Below are positions 9,317 through 17,683 of a stretch of 64,000 nucleotides of DNA, in pieces; positions within the stretch are counted from its first letter, which is position 1, and every line of letters begins with the position of its first letter. Both the position numbers and the translations under genes were made by a program. The notes beneath the pieces were generated by a model. That model saw only the letters and a list, made by a program, of their open reading frames with translations. It was not told the origin of the DNA and searched no databases. The DNA is from Candidatus Bathyarchaeia archaeon (GTDB lineage Archaea; Thermoproteota; Bathyarchaeia; 40CM-2-53-6), in the NCBI GenBank assembly GCA_049513715.1, contig JBEKVV010000003.1:224001-288000 (forward strand). The letters are read 5' to 3'.

Positions 9317-9344
9317 GTATTACTAATGGCAGAATGCGTAATAA
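9317..9344. promoter_or_regulatory. Putative NikR operator
   Basis: GTATTAC-N14-GTAATAA dyad between divergent nixA and nikR, downstream of a minus-strand TATA-like CTTTAATAT (9346-9354). Confidence 0.7.
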
Positions 9345-9394
9345 CGATATTAAAGAGTACCGAACCATTCCCAGACCTCGGTGACATAGTGTCC

Positions 9395-9802
9395 ATGGCT
9401 AGAGTCGAGAGGATTAGCTTCTCAACACCTCCTCTACTCTTGAAGCAATTCAACGATTCCCTCAAAATGCTTGGGTACAAGGATCGATCAAAGGCGTTGC
9501 AGATTGCGATGAGGAACTTCATATCGGAATACTCATGGAGAAAGGAGAGGGGCAAACAGGCGGCCGGAGCGATCTTGCTGACGTACGACCACGAATCACA
9601 TGGCCTTCAAGATGCCCTAACGGACATTCAGCACCACTTTCGGAGTATAGTGAATTCGACCACTCATATCCATATTGACGAATCCCACTGTTTGGAAATA
9701 GTGTCCGTGAGAGGAAAAATGGAGCTGATCCAAGCATTAGCCAAGGAGTTAATGAAAAAGCGTGGTGTGACGCAACTCAAGTTGTCAACTGTTGCCGTTT
9801 AG
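9395..9802 (+). CDS. nikR: Nickel-responsive regulator NikR
   Basis: RHH RISFST...GYKDRSKALQIAMR and Ni-site YDHE...QH...HIH....CLE. Start set at ATG 9395 (GTG 9389 is an alternative). Confidence 0.93.
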   Translation: MARVERISFSTPPLLLKQFNDSLKMLGYKDRSKALQIAMRNFISEYSWRKERGKQAAGAILLTYDHESHGLQDALTDIQHHFRSIVNSTTHIHIDESHCLEIVSVRGKMELIQALAKELMKKRGVTQLKLSTVAV

Positions 9803-9932
9803 AGTAGTAGATTGGTTTGCAGCGCTGTTAGTGGGATTCGAATCCACTGGCGGTAGGACCTTGATAACTCGTACTTTCACTTAACTCTCTTACTTATCTC
9901 CACACGGGGTCTCTTATTTTCTGTGAGCAACG

Positions 9933-10256
9933 TTGCCGATTAGACCTGTACTTTTGAAGACTTTGGGCAGCGAGGCCCGGTTGAGGATTTTGTTGGTTCT
10001 CGCCAGAAACCGCGGTGAAGACTTATCCATCTATAAGATTGCGAAATTCAGCGGGTTGGATCGGAAGGTCATAAGGAAGCATTTAGGCAAACTAATCGAC
10101 GCGAACCTCGTCCACATGAAAAACTACGGCCCCATAGCCGTGTACAGCATAAGCAGCGACAATGCCCATGTCCAACGAATCATCGACCTATTCAATGAGG
10201 CAAGGCTACTCGCACAAGTTCCCGTCCAACTACACTGGTACGACATCCGCGCCTAA
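9933..10256 (+). CDS. ArsR-like winged-helix protein
   Basis: LGSEARLRILLVL...SIYKIAKFSGLDRKVIRKHLGKLIDANLV. Confidence 0.75.
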   Translation: MPIRPVLLKTLGSEARLRILLVLARNRGEDLSIYKIAKFSGLDRKVIRKHLGKLIDANLVHMKNYGPIAVYSISSDNAHVQRIIDLFNEARLLAQVPVQLHWYDIRA

Positions 10257-10453
10257 ACCCCACCAATTTCCAGAACCACCCCCCCCATTGCCGTAAACGA
10301 AAACCAACATGTCACGCTTATTAGAGACGCATCTGTATTGGCGGACAAGTTAGGTATAAGGGCTGAAGCGAACGTCCGACCGTAACCATCCGCGTTGACG
10401 TCTAAGTTTTCTCCCGAAGAACTAGCTGAACGAAACTGAACGAGGTGAAACGC

Positions 10454-10660
10454 ATGAGCGATGAACGTTCCTTCAACAAGCCAGTTGAGGAAGGCAAAGA
10501 ATACGAACTCGAAATCAAAGAGACCAGCCGTCGCGGAGACGGAGTCGCAAGAATCGAGGGCTTCGTAGTCTTCGTCCCACAAACCAAACCTGGCGATAAA
10601 GTGAAGGTCAAAATCAACTCCGTTGGACCCAGATTCGCAACCGGAGAAGTTGTCCAATAG
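10454..10660 (+). CDS. Single TRAM-domain RNA-binding protein (archaeal cold-shock-like)
   Basis: PVEEGKEYELEI...RRGDGVARIEGFVVFVP.TKPGDKVKVKI....PRFATGEVV. GAGGTG RBS before ATG 10454. Confidence 0.92.
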   Translation: MSDERSFNKPVEEGKEYELEIKETSRRGDGVARIEGFVVFVPQTKPGDKVKVKINSVGPRFATGEVVQ

Positions 10661-10661
10661 A

Positions 10662-10697
10662 GGAATGGGGAGTTGTCCTCCCTATTCTCCACTTTTT
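10662..10697 (+). terminator. Hairpin plus T-tract after the TRAM gene
   Basis: GGAATGGGGAG-ttgtc-CTCCCTATTCT forms an 11-bp stem (2 G-U pairs), followed by ccacTTTTT. Confidence 0.55.
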
Positions 10698-10773
10698 GTC
10701 CATTACGGGTGCTTTATTACGGATGAGGCCCATATTACGTCATAGTTGAGCTATCATAGCATCACTATCGAAT

Positions 10774-11427
10774 TTGCAGAGACTTAAATCAAGTACACAA
10801 GACAGGGACCTCGTATACTTACTCCGACTCGCAAAGAAGCACAGCTTAACAGCAAGTATTCTTTACGACTCTTTGCAAGCCACGTGGCAGCGCGGCAAAG
10901 CGCAATGCGGGAAACTCAAAATTGAGATGCGACTACGCGGAGTAAGTTCCTCGACATACTTGTTCTCGGTTGGCGGGAAGCTGTTCTCGCAAGCAAACCT
11001 TCAGAATGACTCAATTAGGAAACTGAAAAGACTCCCAGAAGAATTATCAACATATTTGGACGAAGACAAACGATCTGCACGCAGATTGGACGCGAACTCC
11101 ATAAGTGCCATTAGCAATTTACGATATGGACTGAGCGGTGTATCTTTCAGAGCTCGTGTGGCAAGGAAATCTGGAGTTAGAGCTGTGACCTCGAAGGATG
11201 GAACCCCTCTGTTGGTATGCGATGTAACACTCTCTGATGGGACAGGCGAGATTCCGTTGGCCGTTTGGAATAGTCAAATTGGCACCGTCTTTGAGGGCGA
11301 CGTAGTGCAGATTCAGAACGCGCGAGTCAGGAGCTTTAGAGGCCAAATTCAGCTTTCACTTGGCAGAAAGACCGGGCTTCTTACAGTTGTCGAACCCGTC
11401 AACCGAGAACTTCTGATAGCTGCCTGA
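10774..11427 (+). CDS. OB-fold single-stranded DNA-binding (SSB/RPA-like) protein with N-terminal extension
   Basis: C-terminal LSDGTGEIPLAVWN...GDVVQIQNARVRSFRGQIQLSLG is an RPA-type OB fold. Confidence 0.8.
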   Translation: MQRLKSSTQDRDLVYLLRLAKKHSLTASILYDSLQATWQRGKAQCGKLKIEMRLRGVSSSTYLFSVGGKLFSQANLQNDSIRKLKRLPEELSTYLDEDKRSARRLDANSISAISNLRYGLSGVSFRARVARKSGVRAVTSKDGTPLLVCDVTLSDGTGEIPLAVWNSQIGTVFEGDVVQIQNARVRSFRGQIQLSLGRKTGLLTVVEPVNRELLIAA

Positions 11428-11800
11428 TTCTTCAAGGACCGAAGAACGGCGAACATCAGAACTGAGAGTCTGTCCCTTCTGAACCAAAGCCTAGTGCGTC
11501 GCTGACTCTTTCCAGCTGGTTCTTCATATCCTCGAGTTCAACTTTGTTATCGCGACCTTCATTTCTCCCATGTCGGCAACAATCCTACCCATAACCGGCC
11601 CATGTTAACTTCAAGCTTCTCCAACGGGGGCTTAATTCAGGCCTCTATACTCATGATCAAATTCTAGAAGTCTTCACTGAGTTCTGGCATATCTGTCGCC
11701 AGAGTTTGGTCTTCTGTCCCGGAACCCTCTGCGCCATACCACGTCTTCTTAAGAGTTACTTTGACTCATGCACTGCGACTGCAGAAAGGAACAGCTGAGA

Positions 11801-12487
11801 ATGTCAGTATACGCTCACATGGTGGAATTCTCGGTCAGCAGAAGCCGAGCGAATGCATACCTAGCCATCCCAGAGGGAGGAGACGTGCCGGGCGTGTTGG
11901 TTCTTCCTGCCTGGTGGGGCTTGACGGACTTCTTCAAAGGCGTGTGTGTTAGGCTCGCGAAATCTGGTTTCGTTGCTTTGGCGCCAGATATTTACCATGG
12001 CAAAACCGCAACAACAATCTCAGAAGCCAAACGCCTCCGGTCCAAGCTGAACAGCGCAAAACTAAACAAGGAGTTGGATTCCGCCACTGATTATTTGTTG
12101 GCTACGTTTGCTGAGACGGGAGGCAGGATTGGCGTGGTGGGGTTTTCACTAGGTGCATCGTGGGCGCTGTGGTTGGCTACGGCGAGACCGAAAGAGGTGG
12201 CAGCAGTGGTCACTTTCTATGGCACGAGCAAAGAAGACTACAAGAAGGCTCATGCCGACTTCCTCGGACATTACGCCGAGCACGACGAGTGGGAGCCACT
12301 TGATTCTGTCCGCGAGTTGGAGAAACGTCTTCGGGCAGCCGGTAAAGAAGTTGAGTTCAACGTATACCCAAGCACGACGCACTGGTTCTTCGAGGAAAAT
12401 CAACCGAACGCTTACAACCCTGAAGCCGCTAAACTCGCTTGGGAGAGAACCCTGCGCTTCCTACACACTCACTTGGATTTACAGTGA
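11801..12487 (+). CDS. Dienelactone hydrolase family protein
   Basis: PAWWGL, GFVALAPD, GFSLG nucleophile elbow, and YPSTTHWF...AAKLAWERTLRFL. Confidence 0.9.
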   Translation: MSVYAHMVEFSVSRSRANAYLAIPEGGDVPGVLVLPAWWGLTDFFKGVCVRLAKSGFVALAPDIYHGKTATTISEAKRLRSKLNSAKLNKELDSATDYLLATFAETGGRIGVVGFSLGASWALWLATARPKEVAAVVTFYGTSKEDYKKAHADFLGHYAEHDEWEPLDSVRELEKRLRAAGKEVEFNVYPSTTHWFFEENQPNAYNPEAAKLAWERTLRFLHTHLDLQ

Positions 12488-12775
12488 CTCGCTCGGAAGG
12501 AGGAGAAACAATGTTTCGATCTGCGGGAAGCTGAGGATTAGGTTGTCAGAGGAAATTGAAGATCACCTAGACTCGGGCATCGGATGAAAGGGGTGTTTGA
12601 TACCCTATGGAAGCGCAATGAGAAGCCAAAGGGGAAGCTCAAGATATCTTCGATATCAGGAAAAAAGCCCCTGCAGTTAATGAGATCGAACAGCAGGCGA
12701 GCTTATCGACCCATAATGCTCTAGTTCGATGCACAGGATACTTGAAAGCCGTTTGCTAGCCTTTGATCATTGGTT

Positions 12776-14008
12776 CTACATGTTCGTGTATGCTTCTTCG
12801 CCGTGTTGACTTATGTCCAAGCCTGCATCTTCGTCCTTCGGACTAACCCTCACCGGAGTGAAGACATTGATTATTCTTAGCAGCACGTATGTCCCGACGA
12901 AGGCGAAAAATCCCACGACAACTACTCCGAATACTTGCACTATGAACTGATACATATTTCCGTACAGCAGCCCGTTCGGGCCAGCTGCATTGATGGCGGC
13001 AGATGCAAAGATCCCCGTCGCTATTGATCCCAAGATCCCGCCTGCACCGTGGCAGGCGAATACATCCAGCGAGTCATCAAGTCGTGTCCTTGCGCGCCAA
13101 CCCGCCACAAAGTTACAAACAATACCAGCTGCGGCTCCTATTATGATGGAGGCCATCGGTCCAACATACCCAGAAGCAGGCGTTATCGTCGCTAACCCGC
13201 AGACTGCTCCAACTGAGATTCCGACCGCCGACGGCTTGCCCTTCCGGACCCAGTCAGTAATCATCCAACTCATCGCACCAGCCGCAGCTGCCAGATTTGT
13301 TACCAGCAAAGCGTTAGCAGCTAAACCGTCTGCCGCAAGAGCACTTCCCGCGTTGAAACCAAACCAACCGAACCACAAGATTGCAGCCCCCAAAATAACG
13401 AAGGGAACATTATTGGGCCTCATCTCCTTCCGCGGATTCACGTCCTTTCGTCTACCGATAAATATGGCCGCAGCAAGTGCCGAGACTCCGGCCGTCTCGT
13501 GCACAACCAAACCCCCAGCAAAGTCCACCACTCCCAATACCCTTAACCAACCACCCACAGCCCAGACCCAGTGCACGACTGGAACATAGACGAAAGTCGT
13601 CCACATTACAACGAAAATCAAGAGCGACTTAAAGCGAACTCTCTCAGCAAACGCTCCTATGATCAGTGCCGGGGTGATTGCGGCGAACTTGAGCTGAAAA
13701 GCCACATAGAGAACTTCCGGAATTGTAGGGGCATAGGCTGAGTTCGGTGTGATTCCGACATTGACCAATCCGAAATCAGATAGATTTCCGATAATTCCTC
13801 CAATTGAGTTTCCTCCAAGTGCAAGACTATAGCCCCATATTGCCCAAACCAGGCTTATGACGGCGAATATGGCGAGACACTGAACAATTGTTGAGACTAG
13901 GTTCTTCCTTCGAACGAGGCCACCATAAAAGAACCCCACAGCCGGAGTCATTATCATGACTAGAGCTGTAGCTGCGAGTACCCATGCTGTGTCTCCCGTA
14001 TTCAGCAA
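12776..14008 (-). CDS. amtB: Ammonium transporter (Amt), copy 2
   Basis: Same Amt signatures as copy 1 (DFAGGLVVH, DDSLDVFACHG, HGEEAY). Convergent with amtB1. Confidence 0.97.
   Translation of the reverse strand: MLNTGDTAWVLAATALVMIMTPAVGFFYGGLVRRKNLVSTIVQCLAIFAVISLVWAIWGYSLALGGNSIGGIIGNLSDFGLVNVGITPNSAYAPTIPEVLYVAFQLKFAAITPALIIGAFAERVRFKSLLIFVVMWTTFVYVPVVHWVWAVGGWLRVLGVVDFAGGLVVHETAGVSALAAAIFIGRRKDVNPRKEMRPNNVPFVILGAAILWFGWFGFNAGSALAADGLAANALLVTNLAAAAGAMSWMITDWVRKGKPSAVGISVGAVCGLATITPASGYVGPMASIIIGAAAGIVCNFVAGWRARTRLDDSLDVFACHGAGGILGSIATGIFASAAINAAGPNGLLYGNMYQFIVQVFGVVVVGFFAFVGTYVLLRIINVFTPVRVSPKDEDAGLDISQHGEEAYTNM
13890..13960 (-). repeat. 71-bp perfect inverted repeat, right copy (inside amtB2)
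   Basis: Exact reverse complement of 5351-5421. Confidence 0.95.
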
Positions 14009-14112
14009 CTAATCGCACCTTAACGGTCGATGTTGCCACAGATTGAGCGCGGTTATAACCTTGGCCGTTAGATTTCATTTACCAAAATCGCGGAGGCCTA
14101 CGCGTGCATTAG

Positions 14113-14141
14113 CTTAATGCCTTAATGATTAAACGTTTAAG
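14113..14141. promoter_or_regulatory. 29-bp palindromic operator, copy 2 (upstream of amtB2)
   Basis: CTTAA-TGCC-TTAATGATTAA-ACGT-TTAAG, extended by AG/CT on the two sides. Confidence 0.75.
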
Positions 14142-14223
14142 CTTCATCCTCGCAAGTTGGACTTGGATTAGTCCTGAGATCTGAAAGGTCAGCTAAAGCA
14201 GCAAAAACCCTGCGTAACCTCGA

Positions 14224-14271
14224 AGAAAACAGGATTTCGGTAATCAAAGCTGCCTTTGATCGGACCCGAAA
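14224..14271 (-). terminator. Hairpin downstream of the hdr-mvh operon
   Basis: TTTCGG..ATCAAAG-ctgc-CTTTGAT..CCGAAA stem. On the minus strand it is followed by GTTTTCTT. Confidence 0.4.
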
Positions 14272-14343
14272 ACGCCCTAACAAGACAGGAGACCAGAAAC
14301 CATCGTCGTTCGTTTCATTGTGTGTGTCACTGTGCTTCGGATG

Positions 14344-14811
14344 TCACGTCAGCTCCGACAGCCTCAGTCGGACCAGGTCAGCGAGTTTTGCAGCGGCTTC
14401 TTTCACTGATGAACTCATAGTCTCCGTGAAAGTGAATTCAGGCTCAATGTCAATGGTAAAGAGCGTTATTGTCATTGGTATCTTGCTGGGGTCAAACTTT
14501 CTGTAAAGCTCCAATGCAGTTGGAAATCCTGTGACATGTGTTGAAGAAAATTGGTCGGCGTTTTTCAGTTCTGCTGCGTTGAACTCTGAGATCCGCCCGA
14601 CTTCCGAGTCCTTTTGGATGATAGAGTCAACCACGAGCACGTTCTCGTAACCTAGCATTTCCTCGACCATTCTCAAGCCGCCAACACTTAGTTCCTTGAA
14701 TTCTAACCCAGGCAGCTGTGAAAGGCTGTCCTTGAGCATTCTGACTATGTGTATTCCTACGCCGTCGTCTCCCATGATCGGGTTGCCGACGCCTAGGACC
14801 AGAGTCTTCGT
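14344..14811 (-). CDS. [NiFe]-hydrogenase maturation endopeptidase (HybD/HycI family)
   Basis: xKTLVLGVGNPIMGDDGVG, VVDS and STH motifs. The conserved N-terminus lies upstream of ATG 14775 and begins at ACG 14811 (or CTG 14820). Confidence 0.9.
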   Translation of the reverse strand, partial: TKTLVLGVGNPIMGDDGVGIHIVRMLKDSLSQLPGLEFKELSVGGLRMVEEMLGYENVLVVDSIIQKDSEVGRISEFNAAELKNADQFSSTHVTGFPTALELYRKFDPSKIPMTITLFTIDIEPEFTFTETMSSSVKEAAAKLADLVRLRLSELT

Positions 14812-14823
14812 ATCAAACAGCCT

Positions 14824-16284
14824 TCATGGTCTTCGTAGGTTGCGCAATAGGTTTCGGTTCTTGTCGTAGATTTTGACATCCAAAGGCATTTGCCCGGGTA
14901 GCGTATGCGTGGCGCATGCGAAGCATGGGTCGTATGCCCTAAAAGCCATCTCAACCATGTTCAGAACCCCGTCCGAGACATCGCCTTTCTTGATGAGGCC
15001 TTCTGCGGCTTGTTTGATTGACATGCTAATGGCAGCGTGGTTGTTCGTGGTAGCCACGATCAAGTTCACGTTCTTCACGAGGCCTCTCTCGTCTGTCTTA
15101 TAGTGGTGGATCAAGGTTCCACGAGGTGCTTCAACGCAACCTACACCCTCGTCGGGGATTTCGGTTGGAATCGTGCGAACGTTTGGATTCGTGACTTCCG
15201 GGTCGCGGCTTAACTCAAGCATTCTTTCAGCTGCGTACATCAACTCTACCAAACGAGCCCAGTGTGTTGCGAGCGTTGAGTGAACCGGTTTCTTGCCAAG
15301 GGTTTCGTACATTTTTGTGTATTCGGCTTGCGCAAGAGGCGTGGCCATTCCGTCAGACACATTGAGTCGTGCTAGTGGCGTTGCACGGTAGACCCCACTG
15401 TTCTTTCCGCCGACTAGCCCTCTCCATCCTATGGATTTGAGGTATGGGTACTTCAGGTATGTCCAGGGTTCAACGTGTTCAGCGATGTACTTCTGGTAAT
15501 CAGCCGCGGGGTATTTCGCAAACTCCTTGCCTTCGGGGTCGACGATTCTGATGTTTCCGTCGTAGAAGTTGACTCGGTTCTGCGAGTCAACGGTGCCCAT
15601 GTAGTATGTTTCGGTCGCATACATGTCGCTCGTGATGAGGTTCATGTATTCTTTGTTGTGGAGGACGAGGTCGTCGAAGATTTTCAATGTAAACTGGGCG
15701 AACTCGACTTCAGACTTGGCGATTTCTTCAATCCTTGACCTTTCGGTTTCGTTGATTGCTTTGCTAACGCCGCCTGGGAGTCCGAAGCTTGGGTGAACTC
15801 TCTTTCCGCCGATAATTGCGATCGCATCTAGTGCATCGGAGCGGTGTTTTATGACTGAGGTTCCGACCTCTGCGCCCACTTTTCCTATTACGCCGAGTAT
15901 GTTTCGTTCTGCTTTGGGTGCAGTAGGGCCCATTATGAAGTCGGGTCCTGCGAGGATGTAGAAGTGGGTCGTGTGGTCGGCGACGAAGAAGGCGCTGTAG
16001 AGAAGTTCTCGGAGCTTCTTCGCTGCAGGTGGTGGGTCAACGTGAAAGAGGGCGTCCAGCGCCTTAGTTGCGGCAACGTGGTGGGCTTCTGGGCAGACTC
16101 CGCAAATTCGACTGGTAATGTCAGGCATTTCCTCGACTGGTCTGCCCTCGCAGAATTTCTCGAAGCCTCGCAGTTCTGGGACTTGGAAGTACGCGTTCTC
16201 AACGTTTCCTTCGTCGTTCAGGAAAATCGAAATCTTTCCGTGCCCTTCGAGCCTTGTGACAGGATTTATTGTTACGGTCTTCAT
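14824..16284 (-). CDS. mvhA: F420-non-reducing (group 3c) [NiFe]-hydrogenase large subunit
   Basis: TRLEGHG, RGFEKF, RICGVC and DPCFACATH followed by a cleavable C-terminal tail. Confidence 0.96.
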   Translation of the reverse strand: MKTVTINPVTRLEGHGKISIFLNDEGNVENAYFQVPELRGFEKFCEGRPVEEMPDITSRICGVCPEAHHVAATKALDALFHVDPPPAAKKLRELLYSAFFVADHTTHFYILAGPDFIMGPTAPKAERNILGVIGKVGAEVGTSVIKHRSDALDAIAIIGGKRVHPSFGLPGGVSKAINETERSRIEEIAKSEVEFAQFTLKIFDDLVLHNKEYMNLITSDMYATETYYMGTVDSQNRVNFYDGNIRIVDPEGKEFAKYPAADYQKYIAEHVEPWTYLKYPYLKSIGWRGLVGGKNSGVYRATPLARLNVSDGMATPLAQAEYTKMYETLGKKPVHSTLATHWARLVELMYAAERMLELSRDPEVTNPNVRTIPTEIPDEGVGCVEAPRGTLIHHYKTDERGLVKNVNLIVATTNNHAAISMSIKQAAEGLIKKGDVSDGVLNMVEMAFRAYDPCFACATHTLPGQMPLDVKIYDKNRNLLRNLRRP

Positions 16285-17237
16285 TGTTTCGTTCTCCTCA
16301 TGAGTGATTGGGCAAGGCCAAACCTGTAAAACGTCCCGATGGGGTCGACAACTCCGTCTACGAGTTTCTGAATATCCTCTTCAGTTTCCGCATCGAAGAC
16401 CGAGGAGAGTGCTGAGAGCATCTTTGCGCCTTGGTCTAGGACATTGGGTAATGGACCATAGCAGCCTCTGCAAGGCATGTTGGCGTCTAGGCAGACTGCC
16501 TCGCAGCCGCCTCTTGTTGCCGGGCCCATGCAAATGATACCTTGCTCAAGCAGGCACTTCTTGGGATCCTGTATGGTTTCGTAAGTTCGGACTAATTTCG
16601 CGACTTTTCTATCAGTTTTTTCACGCTTGCATTCATGGCAGAGCGATTTGTCGGAAGCCCCTAGAATAGCGCCTTTTGGTGGCAATTTGCCGCTCACGAA
16701 GGTTTCGATTACTTTTCCGACCTGTGGTCCGACAGGAGGACAACCAGGTACAAAGTAATCGACATCGACCGTTTGCTCCAGTGTCTTGACGGTGTTATAG
16801 AACTCGGGAATTGTAAGCGTTCCTTCGGGTGCCTCGAATTTCGATTGTGGGTAAGTGTTTTCAGGGTTCTCTGTGGTGGGGGTTTCCTTGTAGGACGACT
16901 TGAAGATCAGTTCCCGACTTTTTGTGTTCGCGAGTGCTGGAATGCCGCCTCCACATGCGCAGGAACCAAAAGCAACTAGTAGTTTGGATTTCGCTCTGAG
17001 CAGTTTCGCTACGTGCTCGTTTTCAGAGTTTTGAATCGCGCCGTTGAAGAACGTCACGTCGATGTTCTTGTCGGGCATGGCTTCGAGGTCTGAGTATTTG
17101 TAGTCAAGTGCAGCTGGCCAGTAGACTATGTCGATCTTTTCTTTCAGGTCGAGCAGTTTGGTTCCTAGTTCGAGGATTGCGATTTCGCATCCGCCGCAGC
17201 TACTTGCCCAGTTGAATGCAACCTTCGCTTTCGTCAT
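16281..17237 (-). CDS. mvhG: Group 3c hydrogenase small subunit
   Basis: SCGGC, GSCA, PGCPP and C-terminal Cys cluster CMGPATRGGCEAVC...CRGCYG. ATG 17237 overlaps the mvhD stop. Confidence 0.95.
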   Translation of the reverse strand: MTKAKVAFNWASSCGGCEIAILELGTKLLDLKEKIDIVYWPAALDYKYSDLEAMPDKNIDVTFFNGAIQNSENEHVAKLLRAKSKLLVAFGSCACGGGIPALANTKSRELIFKSSYKETPTTENPENTYPQSKFEAPEGTLTIPEFYNTVKTLEQTVDVDYFVPGCPPVGPQVGKVIETFVSGKLPPKGAILGASDKSLCHECKREKTDRKVAKLVRTYETIQDPKKCLLEQGIICMGPATRGGCEAVCLDANMPCRGCYGPLPNVLDQGAKMLSALSSVFDAETEEDIQKLVDGVVDPIGTFYRFGLAQSLMRRTKQ

Positions 17238-17680
17238 TATTGCGCCACCACTTCTATCTTCGACTTCCAATTCAGAGGCCCAAGTGTTCGAATGTTCTCA
17301 GTCATACTGTCCACGATCCTGGCGTATCTTTCCCCTTCAGACGCGGACACCCACTCCAATCTGACGCGGTCCTTTTCGATACCGAACTGATCGAGCATTT
17401 TCTGGAGTAGTTTGAACCGCCTCATGGTCTTCACGTTGCCGTTAGTGTAGTGACAGTCTCCGGGGTGGCATCCTGCGATCAGAACACCGTCTGCACCTGA
17501 GGCAAGCGCCTTCAGAATTAATGTTGGGTCAACGCGGCCTGAACAGTTGACTCTGATGGGGTTGATGTTTGGTGGGTACTTGATTCTGCTCGTGCCGGCC
17601 AGGTCGGCGCCAGTGTAGGCGCACCACTTGCAGAGGAAGCCAACGATTTTTGGTTCAAATCGTGTGGACAATTCCATCAT
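17237..17680 (-). CDS. mvhD: Hydrogenase iron-sulfur subunit MvhD
   Basis: FLCKWCAY.GADLAG, RVNCSGR, GCHPGDCHY and WVSASEG. Confidence 0.96.
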   Translation of the reverse strand: MMELSTRFEPKIVGFLCKWCAYTGADLAGTSRIKYPPNINPIRVNCSGRVDPTLILKALASGADGVLIAGCHPGDCHYTNGNVKTMRRFKLLQKMLDQFGIEKDRVRLEWVSASEGERYARIVDSMTENIRTLGPLNWKSKIEVVAQ

Positions 17681-17683
17681 CTC

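Noticed and set aside
9830..9848. tRNA T-arm-like sequence (minus strand GTGGATTCGAATCCCAC), possible tRNA or att site
   Set aside because: No acceptor, D or anticodon arms can be built around it, the stem has a mismatch, and there is no integrase or second copy in the window.
14235..14826. Selenocysteine recoding of the mvhA TGA using the downstream hairpin as a SECIS
   Set aside because: All Hdr/Mvh catalytic positions are ordinary Cys, the TGA is at the normal MvhA end, and the hairpin lacks the archaeal SECIS GAA/A motif.
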